Origin: Nitrosopumilus sp.
GTDB taxonomy: Archaea; Thermoproteota; Nitrososphaeria; Nitrososphaerales; Nitrosopumilaceae
Length of the DNA: 64,000 bases
Direction: 5' to 3'
Assembly (NCBI GenBank): GCA_965205675.1
Contig: OZ242186.1
Span: 800,001 to 864,000 of the forward strand
In this document: one piece after another, positions 42,217 to 52,190 of the stretch
Layout: every line of letters starts with the position of its first letter
Position numbering within the stretch: the first letter of the stretch is position 1
The notes under the pieces: generated by a model
The model's input: only the letters and a program-made list of their open reading frames with translations
Told to the model about the DNA's origin: nothing
Databases searched by the model: none
Program-made: the position numbers and the translations under genes

Positions 42217-44262
42217 ATGCTGGAAATAGAAGCTGAGATTCTGCCTTTTATCGCAGGTATTGCATCATTTCTAGTAGCTGGTGGCTTGGTTGCATGGATT
42301 GCAAAACAATCTGCAGGAACAAAAGAGATGATGGATATTTCCAACGCCGTCAAAGAAGGTGCTTCTGCATTCTTGAAAAGAGAAATGAAAATTATTGTTC
42401 CAGTTGCTATCGCATTATCTTTGATTATTGGTATTTTCTTAACTCCTTCAAATGGAATTGCATTTGCAGTTGGTGCTACATTATCTGCAGTAGCCGGAAT
42501 CATTTCATTAAAAATTACAGTAAAAGCAGCAGTAAGGGCTGCAAATCTTAGTGGCAGTGGACTTGGACAGACATTTGCTATGGCCTTTAGAGGTGGTGCG
42601 ACTGTAGGTTTAGCTGTTCCTGCAATGGCTTTATTGGCAATAACTGGACTTTATTTGATTTATCCTGACCCAATTACAATTGCAGGCGTAGGAATTGGAG
42701 CAAGTCTAATTGCGTTATTTATTCGAATTGGCGGCGGTATCTTTACAAAAGCAGCAGATATGGGTGCTGATTTGGTAGGAAAAGTTGAAGCAAACATTCC
42801 TGAAGACGATCCTAGAAATCCTGCAACTATTGCAGACAATGTTGGTGACAACGTAGGTGATGCAGCAGGAATGGGCTCTGACGTTTATGAGTCTTATATT
42901 GTAACTATACTTGCAGCCTTGCTAATTGCAGCATTAATTGGTGCATCAAACTTTTTCCTTTATCCTATCTTAATTGGTTCATCTGGAATGATTGCATCAA
43001 TTATTGGCGTTGTCATTATTGGCTCTAAGAATATCACTGATGTTATGAAACCTCTTAACCGTTCATTTTATGTTTCAGCTGCAATTGCAATTGGACTGAA
43101 TTATGTATTCATCACTCAGTTTATTGGAGATAATGTAACATCTTATGCTCTCTTTGGTTCTACCGTTATTGGTGTTATTCTTGTTCCAGTGATTCAAAAA
43201 ATTACAGACTACTATACTAGCTACAAACAAAAACCAGTCAATGAAATTGCAGACTCTGCAAAATGGGGATATGCATCATTAACTTTGATGGGAATCATCA
43301 AGGGAATGCAATCAACTGGACCATTTATGATTGCTTTAGTAGTTGCAATTATCGTATCTTATAGTCTCGCATCTGCTGCAGCTCCTGAAGGTGCAGACTC
43401 GGTACTTTACGGAATCTTTGGCACTGCTTTGACTGCTATGGCAATGCTGAGTCTTGCAGGAATTGTTCTTAGTATTGACGCATTTGGTCCAATTGCAGAT
43501 AATGCAGGTGGAATTGTTGAGATGACTGGAATGGGCGAAGAAAATCGTAAAGTTACAGATGAAATTGATGCTGTAGGAAATACTACCAAGGCTGTTACCA
43601 AGGGCTTTGCAATTGCTAGTGCTGCATTAGCTGCATTAGCGATGATTCAGGCATTCCAATTCGAAGCAGCACATGTCTTTGACGGTGTTTTGGATTTAGA
43701 TTATAGTTTGACTAATCCTGCAATTATTGTTGGGTTGCTAATTGGCGGTTTGATTCCATTTATCATTACAGGACAACTCATCAACGGTGTCTCAAGAGCT
43801 GCTGGGAAAATGGTTGATGAGGTCAGACGTCAGTTTAAAGCCGATGCCGAAATCCTTACTGGAAAATCAAAACCAGATTATGCTAAATGTGTAGATATTG
43901 CTACTGTAGCTTCACTTAAAGAACTATGGAAACCATCTATTGTTGCAATTATTGCTCCAATTATTTTAGGAATTTTACTAGGTCCTACAGCAGTAGCTGG
44001 ACTGCTGATGGGTTCAGTTGTTACTGGAATTTTACTTGCATATCACTTGGCAAATACTGGTGGTGCATGGGATAATGCAAAGAAGCTAGTTGAAATGAAA
44101 GGCAAGAAAGGCTCTGAAATTCACAAAGTTGCAGTAGTTGGTGACATCATTGGTGATCCTTACAAAGATACTGCCGGTCCTGCATTAAACACTGTCATCA
44201 AATTACTAAACACAATTGCAATTGTTTTTGTATCTGCTTTTGTTGCAGTTATTACTATCTAA
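42217..44262 (+). CDS. hppA: Membrane-bound H+-translocating pyrophosphatase, K+-independent signature
   Basis: DMGADLVGKVE, IADNVGDNVGD, GNTTKA (Lys at the K+ determinant), GDPYKDTAGP. Confidence 0.96.
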   Translation: MLEIEAEILPFIAGIASFLVAGGLVAWIAKQSAGTKEMMDISNAVKEGASAFLKREMKIIVPVAIALSLIIGIFLTPSNGIAFAVGATLSAVAGIISLKITVKAAVRAANLSGSGLGQTFAMAFRGGATVGLAVPAMALLAITGLYLIYPDPITIAGVGIGASLIALFIRIGGGIFTKAADMGADLVGKVEANIPEDDPRNPATIADNVGDNVGDAAGMGSDVYESYIVTILAALLIAALIGASNFFLYPILIGSSGMIASIIGVVIIGSKNITDVMKPLNRSFYVSAAIAIGLNYVFITQFIGDNVTSYALFGSTVIGVILVPVIQKITDYYTSYKQKPVNEIADSAKWGYASLTLMGIIKGMQSTGPFMIALVVAIIVSYSLASAAAPEGADSVLYGIFGTALTAMAMLSLAGIVLSIDAFGPIADNAGGIVEMTGMGEENRKVTDEIDAVGNTTKAVTKGFAIASAALAALAMIQAFQFEAAHVFDGVLDLDYSLTNPAIIVGLLIGGLIPFIITGQLINGVSRAAGKMVDEVRRQFKADAEILTGKSKPDYAKCVDIATVASLKELWKPSIVAIIAPIILGILLGPTAVAGLLMGSVVTGILLAYHLANTGGAWDNAKKLVEMKGKKGSEIHKVAVVGDIIGDPYKDTAGPALNTVIKLLNTIAIVFVSAFVAVITI

Positions 44263-44441
44263 CTTTCCACAGTTATTGTCATATCTAATTCATCAATTTG
44301 TTCTTGGATTGCTCTTTGTAAAGTAGTATTGTGCATGTCACAAAATTTGAAATAATTGTCAGCTGTTTGAAAACATCCACAAATCCACTTTGTTTTCTTT
44401 TCTCCTTCAACTGTCCACTTTGAATATTTGGTATCAGGCAT
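44259..44441 (-). CDS. Small hypothetical protein with Cys/His residues
   Basis: 60-aa ORF, W.CGC....FC..H. Confidence 0.6.
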   Translation of the reverse strand: MPDTKYSKWTVEGEKKTKWICGCFQTADNYFKFCDMHNTTLQRAIQEQIDELDMTITVES

Positions 44442-44498
44442 GTTTTATTTTATTATCCTTGATCTAAAAATATGTTTTTGAATAAAAAGTAAAAATGA

Positions 44499-44756
44499 TT
44501 AAGGACAGCCTTCCATCTTTTGGATAAAGTAGCCTTTCTCCTTAATTGCCTGCTCAACAGGTTCTGGTGCTCCTTGTGAATGACAGAATTGACATTCGTT
44601 AGTAGTCATCTCTGTATTTCCTTCACCAATGGATTGTAACCATTCTTTACCATATGTAATGGCTTTATCGTGATCTTTTTCACCAGTAATTACATCAAAA
44701 TGCATGGTGTGACCATCTGCTGCTTTGACATAAGTGTCGTATACGTGAATTTCCAT
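44499..44756 (-). CDS. DUF2024 family protein
   Basis: VYDTYV...DG..MHFDV, ECQFCH, GY.I.KMEGC. Confidence 0.85.
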   Translation of the reverse strand: MEIHVYDTYVKAADGHTMHFDVITGEKDHDKAITYGKEWLQSIGEGNTEMTTNECQFCHSQGAPEPVEQAIKEKGYFIQKMEGCP

Positions 44757-44814
44757 GATTGTAATCAAAAAGAGGGATATTTAATAATATAGACCTCTTG
44801 CGCAATTAGACATA

Positions 44815-45868
44815 AGACCTCTTGCGTAATTAGAACCAAAATCTCACCTTCTGTCTCATTTAACATTCAATCATTCTAAGACATTACGGGATCACAACAA
44901 ACTCTTGTTTCTGTCTTGTTCAAGTTGACAATTCCACACATGATCACTTATTCCATCATATACAATCTATTCCTGAATGTCTCTGAATTAATTCTGAAAT
45001 TTTAATTTGAGAGATGATGTGTTCCACTTTTATGATTTTTGACTGTATTTTGTTCCATTTCTTTTGTGATATGGTCAGATTTCTTTCTTTTTCTTGTATG
45101 GTGGAATGCTTGTCTGCTTTGGAAAGTCTTTTTCCACTCCCAGATACCCAAGGTCATAAAATATCATTACATCTTCGTGCAGTTTCAGATGTCTGATTTT
45201 CAGTATCACACAATCATGTTACCTGGAGAATGGGGAGATTTGGATTATCTCACCTTTCTGGTTTACGGCGATTTGGTTTTTTATTGTGTGTTTTTTCTTT
45301 TTGCCTGAATAGTGAATCTTTTCTTTTTGTTCTGGAGTCTTGGGATTGACTGTTCAGTACCATCAGTCATTGTAATCAATCCTGGAAAGAACAGTTGCAG
45401 TTGCTGTACATCATTTATTTTTTTAGAATCCGAGTATAGTTTTGAAGGAATAGGAATTGATTTTCTTACTGCAGGCTCTAAATTTGATGTTTCTGTAGAC
45501 GTTGCTCTGGTCCAATCCAAACAAATACCCTGTCAATTCACATGTCAGGTACGTCCGATAGTAAACAAACAACATTACAAGCTGGTCTTCAAGACTCAAA
45601 CCAAACTTTCGCCCAGCTCCGATACTTCTTTTTCTCTTTGCTTTGGATAGTCTCTTCTTTTCTTCTATACGGTGATTCTTTCTGACATCCTTTAGAATCG
45701 CATCAAACTGTTGCCTAGTCACTCCAGTAAAAGAGAGAAATGATTTTGGCTTTTTTGAGAGTTGCTTGTATGTTAACATGAAATGTGTTAGGTTGTTCTT
45801 AGCTTTGGATCTTGCTGTGAAGGAATTTGTGTAATATGGTAAAATATGTCTAATTGCGCAAGAGGTCT
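44815..45868 (-). mobile_element. ISL2-group IS5 element copy B, transposase pseudogene
   Basis: Same TIR family as copy A; MLTYKQLSKKP start at 45779; several frameshifts; extra TIR at 44791-44814. Confidence 0.9.
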
Positions 45869-46041
45869 ATTGAGTTGGGGAAATATTGATGATTTCTAGG
45901 AAAGATGCCGTATGTGCCACAAATCAGGAGACAAATGTGATCTAGCAAATTTCACATGTAGAGAGGAGCGTCTAGATTAAAGAATTAGGAAACAAAGTTG
46001 TGTTAGTTACAGATATAATGAAACAAACTTTTTCATAAAAT

Positions 46042-46446
46042 ATGTCAGCAGGACCGCAAATGCCCCCATGGATTCAAGAGCAATTAATGAAGATGCAACA
46101 GTCTCAACAAAGCCTTCAATCCCTAATGACTCAAAAACAACATCTTGAAATTGAAAAAGCCGAAACTGAGAAAGCTCTTGAAGAATTAAAAAAAGTCACT
46201 GATGGGGATACTGTCTTTAAACAGGCTGGTACTGTTTTAATTAAATCAAAAAAACAGGAATTAATTGATGAATTAGAAGAACGAATTGAACTCACAAAAA
46301 CACGTGTTGTTGTTCTTGATAAACAAGAAATACGTCTCACAGAAACTCTCAAAGAGCAAGAAGCTAAAATCACTGAATTGATGAAAAGCAGCTCTAGTGG
46401 CCGTGCTCCTGATTCCTCCCCTTCAGAAGACAATCCTAGAAAATAG
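46042..46446 (+). CDS. pfdB: Prefoldin beta subunit
   Basis: Coiled coils with AL.EL...VFK.AG.VLI hairpin. Confidence 0.92.
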   Translation: MSAGPQMPPWIQEQLMKMQQSQQSLQSLMTQKQHLEIEKAETEKALEELKKVTDGDTVFKQAGTVLIKSKKQELIDELEERIELTKTRVVVLDKQEIRLTETLKEQEAKITELMKSSSSGRAPDSSPSEDNPRK

Positions 46447-46497
46447 TTTTCCAACTAATTTCATACAAAATATTAACAATTCTTTCTTAGATGTACT

Positions 46498-47184
46498 GTG
46501 AATTTAGGAGATCTTCGTATTGTTGTCGATGAGAGAGAAAAAAAAAGTGGCATTCCTGATTTACTAAAATCTGTTGGATTGAACCTTGAGATGAAAACCT
46601 TGCCTATCGGAGATTATATTGTTGCGCCTGAAACCATTGTTGAACGAAAAAGCATTCGTGATCTAATGGCTTCTGTTTTTGATGGTAGGCTCTTTGATCA
46701 ATGTTCTAGATTAAAAGAACATTTTGAACATCCTATAGTTCTAATGGAAGGAAACGTTGATGAAATTGAAGAGATCACTGAAAATCCTATGACTTTTTAT
46801 GGTGCTATTTCCACGGTAGTACTTGATTTTAAAATTCCTGTAATTCCTACTCCTAGTGCAGCACATACTGCTAAATTATTAATCTCTCTGTGTTCTAAAA
46901 AAGACTCTTCAAAAGGCCCATATCTCAAAAAAATTAAAAAATCTTCCAATTTAGAAAAACAACAGCTTTCTATTCTTTGTAGTTTGCCTGGAGTTGGAGA
47001 GAAATTTGCAATTAGAATGCTAACAAAATTTGGTACTCCACTGAAAGTTTTTAGTGCAACTATTGCTGAACTATCTAAAGTTGAAGGTTTGGGTGAAACT
47101 CGCGCCAAAAAAATCAAAAAAGTTTTAGATTCTAAAAATAAATTTCTAAAGACATCTAATCAAAAAACTTTACATGATTCTTGA
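46498..47184 (+). CDS. xpf: XPF/ERCC4 endonuclease with HhH domain
   Basis: VDERE, GDY, ERKS..DL..S..DGRL..Q, LPGVG. Confidence 0.93.
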   Translation: MNLGDLRIVVDEREKKSGIPDLLKSVGLNLEMKTLPIGDYIVAPETIVERKSIRDLMASVFDGRLFDQCSRLKEHFEHPIVLMEGNVDEIEEITENPMTFYGAISTVVLDFKIPVIPTPSAAHTAKLLISLCSKKDSSKGPYLKKIKKSSNLEKQQLSILCSLPGVGEKFAIRMLTKFGTPLKVFSATIAELSKVEGLGETRAKKIKKVLDSKNKFLKTSNQKTLHDS

Positions 47185-47236
47185 ATCTATTTTTTAAACT
47201 TGATTGTTATTCGTATGATTTATGTACTGATCGTAT

Positions 47237-47443
47237 TTGGACACTCGTATGAATTGTTGTAAAAATTCCTGTATGGATTTTCAAAAAGGGGATAATTCTA
47301 GAGTTTATACCGACAATGGGTGCTTTTGCAGAAATTGTGACTATTATTTTAAAGAGTTATTCATACGATGTCCTTGTTGCAATACTTTGACCAGACATAA
47401 TACTAGAAACAATAAAGAACAAAAAACATTTTGTAGAATCTGA
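47237..47443 (+). CDS. Small Cys-rich zinc-ribbon protein
   Basis: FCRNC....RCPCC pattern; start uncertain. Confidence 0.6.
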   Translation: MDTRMNCCKNSCMDFQKGDNSRVYTDNGCFCRNCDYYFKELFIRCPCCNTLTRHNTRNNKEQKTFCRI

Positions 47444-47458
47444 GTCTCTACAGTTTTT

Positions 47459-47944
47459 CTAAGCATTTGTTTTTAATAATTTCCTTCTCAGTGATGTTCC
47501 ACACATTGGACATTCTTTCCCGACTGTATAATTTGTTCTACATCCTGGACAATAATGAATCCATTTTCCAACATCTTTTATCCCCTTTGTCATAATGGGT
47601 AAAATATCCAAACTTAAATTTTTAGCCACATTTGAGACTGCAAAATCATCACTAATTATTTGTCCTTTCATCTCAATACATAATGCGATAATTGAGATAT
47701 CCTGTTTTGATAATTGTGGAAAATCCCCTGTATTTTTTGATGCTTTAATCGCATTTTTTATTGATTCTGAGTCTGGCTCTCTTATTTTTAGTCTGTTTGT
47801 TTCAAGTAAGATTCCTATTGCATCATGATTTTTTTTAATGTGTTTTATTTCATCATAAACTAATGATGTTGTATAGCAATCTTCAGATGTTCTAAATGGA
47901 ACTCCTGCATAAAATGCACTTGCATCTAAAATTTTAAAATCCAA
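47459..47944 (-). CDS. nob1: Nob1 PIN endoribonuclease
   Basis: LDASAF, LS..D, SDDFAV.NVA, C..C...C..CG. Confidence 0.92.
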   Translation of the reverse strand: MDFKILDASAFYAGVPFRTSEDCYTTSLVYDEIKHIKKNHDAIGILLETNRLKIREPDSESIKNAIKASKNTGDFPQLSKQDISIIALCIEMKGQIISDDFAVSNVAKNLSLDILPIMTKGIKDVGKWIHYCPGCRTNYTVGKECPMCGTSLRRKLLKTNA

Positions 47945-48749
47945 GTTTGCCCATCTGTCTTAATCCTCTTTTCTTCAATCTTAAAAAGACTGCATGTTTC
48001 TTGTATTTTTTAATGGTTATTGCTTCTTCATATCCTGCTGTTTTTACAACTTGTGCATCCATTGTAATGTTACAATCATGTGAACACACAATTTCAATTT
48101 GTTCATCTGGAACAATTAATGATGCCAATCTGTATACTGGTGCAACCGGTGTTATGATCAAAACATCTAAACTTTCATGTAGAATTGGACCTCCTAATGA
48201 AAATGAATGTCCTGTAGAACCACTTGGCGTTGCAATTATTACTCCGTCCATCTTTTGTTTTACTGTATCATCTTGAAATTTTATCTTAATTTCTGCTGTT
48301 TTAGTCAAGTTTGTTCTACTGATGTAAATTTCATTTAATGCTGGTGGAAATTCTTTTCCTCCACAAGATGCTATCACGCGTGTTCTTTTATCTAAAAAGA
48401 AATTATCTTTTAAAATTTGGTTTATTGCTTCATCTATTTCCTCAATAGTAATCTCTGCTAAAATTCCTCTGTTTCCTCCTACATTGATGGTAAGAATCGG
48501 TGTTTCATTTTCTAAATTCCTAAATACACGAAGAGTGGTTCCATCTCCTCCAAGTGTAATTACCAAATCAAGTTTTTCTTTTCTCAATTCCTCTAACGTC
48601 TCCATTTGTTTGGCTCCTTCAACTTCTACTGGAGAAATTGTGTATACTGTTGATTTTTTTGTTAACAGCTTCTTTGTAACTTCTTTTGCAGCTTGTTCTG
48701 AATCCTTTGATCCCACCTTGCTAACCACTGCTACTTTTTGTAATTTCAA
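47934..48749 (-). CDS. nadK: NAD kinase
   Basis: GGDGT, LNE, DG.IIATP.GST.HS.SLGGP. Confidence 0.95.
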   Translation of the reverse strand: MKLQKVAVVSKVGSKDSEQAAKEVTKKLLTKKSTVYTISPVEVEGAKQMETLEELRKEKLDLVITLGGDGTTLRVFRNLENETPILTINVGGNRGILAEITIEEIDEAINQILKDNFFLDKRTRVIASCGGKEFPPALNEIYISRTNLTKTAEIKIKFQDDTVKQKMDGVIIATPSGSTGHSFSLGGPILHESLDVLIITPVAPVYRLASLIVPDEQIEIVCSHDCNITMDAQVVKTAGYEEAITIKKYKKHAVFLRLKKRGLRQMGKLGF

Positions 48750-48793
48750 GCCCGTTCTTCTAAAGTCTGTTTACATAAATACTCTCACCTGAA

Positions 48794-49445
48794 AGGGTGT
48801 GTCCTAAAACTATCCTCTAACATGTTTTGTAACCTCCATCAAATTAACAACTCGTATGTTGTAACAAATTACACGCAACGCCAACTCTTTTCTTTGAACC
48901 AGCTTGTTTTTTGATGACAAGCTATTTCCAAAGATTCCTTTGAGTACTGCAAATCCTGATTCAACAAGTGACCTCTTGTGACAATGTCTGTCAAATTCAT
49001 CTTGATTGTCCTGGAATAATGTTATCATTTTTTTCCATGATGCAGAGCCTTTGGGATTTCTAACTGTGTTCTTCTTTGGTTTGATGTATGGTATCTTTTG
49101 CAGAGTAGCTACCATATTGCAAATGTCTCGTGACAAATATGCAGGATCTGCACAAAAATCATCAATTCCCTTTGGAATGTCTTTGATTAGTTTTTTGAGA
49201 ATTGGTGCATCGCCACGAGTTCCTTTGGCAATGTCAAAAGATACTATTGCCATGGACTGTATTGCAATTAGGATGTGCAGTTTTAGATATAATTTCTTGG
49301 ATTTGTGCGTGTTTGTCTTGATATCAAACCAAGCCTCACATCTTTTGGTACCAAATCCTGAACTGTCAGGAACTATGTCTTTTTTTTGATTGGTTCTGTG
49401 AGTTTTGCGTTTACCTTTTTCAAATAAGGCATTGGAATTCTTTTT
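48794..49445 (-). pseudogene. IS5-family transposase, 3' half of a truncated element
   Basis: PDSSGF..W......KLH, ADPAY, RSLVES.F; A8 frameshift run at 49380-87; probable end AGGGTGTGTCCTAAAAC at 48794; 5' part missing. Confidence 0.8.
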
Positions 49446-49467
49446 AGACTGTCATTAATGACAGTCT
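49446..49467. repeat. 22-bp perfect palindrome
   Basis: AGACTGTCATTAATGACAGTCT is its own reverse complement. Confidence 0.9.
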
Positions 49468-49473
49468 TGCTTG

Positions 49474-50884
49474 GTAACTGTCTAGAGTTTTGAAGTTGTT
49501 TATCTGATATTTTTCATCAATATCTTTTCTGATCAGTGATAAATTACAATATACAATTGTCAGTATATGATGAGCTGGAATATTATCGCAACAGATGTCA
49601 CTGGTTGGAGCAAGAAAACCGTCAGTTACGCAAAGATATTGAATCACTACACAGAGAAATTGCAGAACTAAAACAAACAGTGTCTACACTTGTTGCAAGA
49701 AATATCAAAGCAAAACCAAACAAGACTGAAACTGCAAAAAAGAAGAAAACATCAAGACATCCTAGAAAAAGCAGAAGCAGACGGGCACACATTGATGATG
49801 CCATTACAGTTGACCAAAAAGAGTGCAACACATGTGGCAAATCACTCTCAGAACCAACTGATTCATACACCAGAATAGTAGAAGACATCATTCCTGCAAA
49901 AGCAGTTGTGACAAAATATACGATAGTTAGACGATACTGCACAAACTGCAAAAAACAAATCTCGGGTAACATTCACACTGTACTGTCAAATGAAAGGTTT
50001 GGAATTAGGCTCATGGTGCTAATCATATCACTGAAAACTATCGGATTATCGTATGGTAAAATATCTCATCTTTTGCAGATGCTCTTCTCACTGCACATTA
50101 CAGAATCTGCAATTAATCATGCAGTATCAACAGTATCAAAAGCATTTGGGAGCAGATATGATACAATGATTGTGGAGTTAAAAGAAGATCTAAACATACA
50201 TGGTGATGAGACAAGTTGGAGGGTAGATGGCCAGAACCACTGGTTGTGGGCATTTGTGAGTAAATGGACTGTAATTTACGAGATTGACAAATCACGTTCA
50301 ATGGATGTTCCCAAGAGAATTCTCAAGGGATATGATGGCAACATTACAAGTGATTCGTACCCTGCATGGAACCATGTTGGAAACACTCACCAGAAATGTC
50401 ACATCCATTATCTCAGAGAGGTTAATGATACCATTAATCACAAGAATCCCGGACCAGAATTTGCACCATTTGCCAAGAATCTCAAGAAAATAATTTATGA
50501 CTCTCATGGTGTGGCAAAAATAAAATCAGAATCAGAAAGAATTCATGCAAAAAAGAATCTTGAAAGGAGAATTAATCACATCATATCAAAAAAATACACA
50601 GAGAAAAACTGTATCAGGTTTGTAAAAAGATTGAAACGTGAGAGAAAAATGCTTTTTACATTCCTAATTACTGGAACTGACTCGCATAACAACACAGCAG
50701 AGAGGGCAATCAGACCAAATGTGATAATTCGTAAAATTACAAACGGTCATAGAACCATTCATGGTGCTGATTCTCATAAGATACTGATGAGTATAAAGGA
50801 GACATGCAGATTACGAGGATTAAACTTTCATGATTATTCTTTAGAATATCTTGGAGATTTTACTTCAAAACTCTAGACAGTTAC
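49474..50884 (+). mobile_element. IS66 copy 3 (1411 bp)
   Basis: TIRs GTAACTGTCTAGAGTTTTGAAGT at both ends; no matching 8-bp TSD. Confidence 0.95.
49536..50876 (+). CDS. IS66 transposase, intact
   Basis: 446 aa: zipper, zinc ribbon, DET/SD/AER catalytic motifs. Confidence 0.95.
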   Translation: MINYNIQLSVYDELEYYRNRCHWLEQENRQLRKDIESLHREIAELKQTVSTLVARNIKAKPNKTETAKKKKTSRHPRKSRSRRAHIDDAITVDQKECNTCGKSLSEPTDSYTRIVEDIIPAKAVVTKYTIVRRYCTNCKKQISGNIHTVLSNERFGIRLMVLIISLKTIGLSYGKISHLLQMLFSLHITESAINHAVSTVSKAFGSRYDTMIVELKEDLNIHGDETSWRVDGQNHWLWAFVSKWTVIYEIDKSRSMDVPKRILKGYDGNITSDSYPAWNHVGNTHQKCHIHYLREVNDTINHKNPGPEFAPFAKNLKKIIYDSHGVAKIKSESERIHAKKNLERRINHIISKKYTEKNCIRFVKRLKRERKMLFTFLITGTDSHNNTAERAIRPNVIIRKITNGHRTIHGADSHKILMSIKETCRLRGLNFHDYSLEYLGDFTSKL

Positions 50885-50948
50885 CTTTTCATCTAATATC
50901 GACATAAAAATAATATCTTTTCATCTAATATCGACATAAAAATGATAT
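50885..50948. repeat. Tandem duplication, 2 x 32 bp
   Basis: CTTTTCATCTAATATCGACATAAAAAT(A/G)ATAT twice, starting at the first base after the IS66 TIR. Confidence 0.9.
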
Positions 50949-51001
50949 TTCTGTCATTTTTTGGAAAAACAAATAAGTATGAAAACAAATCCGTACAAAT
51001 T

Positions 51002-51847
51002 ATGAGTTATGCACATCCTGAAGTTCTCGTTGATACAGAATGGGTATCACAAAACCTTCCAAGTGAAAATAGAAAATTAATTGAAGTTGATTATGATCCC
51101 GTAAACGGATATCAAAAAGGCCACATTAATGGTGCCAGTTTAATCTGGTGGAAACGAGACATCAATGATCCTGTTAGAAGAGATATCATTAGCAAAAAAG
51201 AATTTGAAGCATTAATGTCAAAAAATGGAATTACAGCAGATACTGAAGTTATTCTTTATGGTGATTTTAACAATTGGTTTGCAGCATTTGTCTTTTGGGT
51301 CTTCAAAATCTATGGACATGAAAATCTAAAGATTATGAATGGTGGAAGGAAAAAATGGGAATTAGAAAACAAACACTATACTACTGATGAACCGCAAATA
51401 AATGCAACGAATTATGTTGCACAACCTCCAGATGAGGGATTACGTGCATATCTATTTGATGTTAATAGGGCATTAGGAAAAGAAGACACTGTCATGGTTG
51501 ATGTAAGATCTCCTGCAGAATTTACTGGTCAAATCACTGCCCCTCCTGAATATCCAATGGAGCATGCACAACGTGGAGGCCATATTCCTGACGCAAACAA
51601 TATCCCGTGGATAACTGCAGTTAATGATGCAGATGGAACATTTAAGACAGTTGAAGAGTTAAAACAAAACTATGAATCAAAAGGCGTTACTCCTGACAAA
51701 GACGTAATTTGTTATTGTAGGATTGGAGAGCGTTCATCACATAGTTGGTTTGTATTGAAATATCTACTTGGTTATTCCAAAGTCCGAAACTATGATGGCT
51801 CTTGGACTGAGTGGGGAAACATGATAGGCAGCCCCGTGGAAAAATAA
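51002..51847 (+). CDS. Thiosulfate sulfurtransferase (two-domain rhodanese)
   Basis: GHI.GA, DVRSP.EF.G, YCRIGERS, YDGSW.EW; start at MSYAHP. Confidence 0.95.
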   Translation: MSYAHPEVLVDTEWVSQNLPSENRKLIEVDYDPVNGYQKGHINGASLIWWKRDINDPVRRDIISKKEFEALMSKNGITADTEVILYGDFNNWFAAFVFWVFKIYGHENLKIMNGGRKKWELENKHYTTDEPQINATNYVAQPPDEGLRAYLFDVNRALGKEDTVMVDVRSPAEFTGQITAPPEYPMEHAQRGGHIPDANNIPWITAVNDADGTFKTVEELKQNYESKGVTPDKDVICYCRIGERSSHSWFVLKYLLGYSKVRNYDGSWTEWGNMIGSPVEK

Positions 51848-51848
51848 A

Positions 51849-52154
51849 TTGCTTTTAGATCTTCCTATACTTGAAAACGGTTCTTTCTATTTTATCAAAG
51901 ATGGTGAGTCTGATATTATTATGGAGGATAAAACAAAACGTGGTCTTGAAATTAAAGAAACTTCTATTGATGAAAAAATTAATGTCAAAGCCGACAAAGG
52001 AATGATTTACGATATGGATGGAATTGGCCATTGGGTTCCTATTCGCTGGTATTTCTCAAAAGATCTCTATAATCTACCTCAAGTACTCATTCATGCAAAA
52101 GCAATGGAAAAAAAATACATAAAACTACGAGAACTTACCTGCCCTGATGACTGA
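51849..52154 (+). CDS. Hypothetical protein
   Basis: 101-aa ORF directly after the rhodanese gene. Confidence 0.7.
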   Translation: MLLDLPILENGSFYFIKDGESDIIMEDKTKRGLEIKETSIDEKINVKADKGMIYDMDGIGHWVPIRWYFSKDLYNLPQVLIHAKAMEKKYIKLRELTCPDD

Positions 52155-52190
52155 TAACCTTTTTAACTAAAATAAAATTAAGAGCATTAG

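Noticed and set aside
45875-45981. Possible Cys-rich mini-gene (ERCRMCHKSGDKCD) with an in-frame TAG
   Set aside because: No clean start and next to an IS; likelier a decayed fragment than a recoding event
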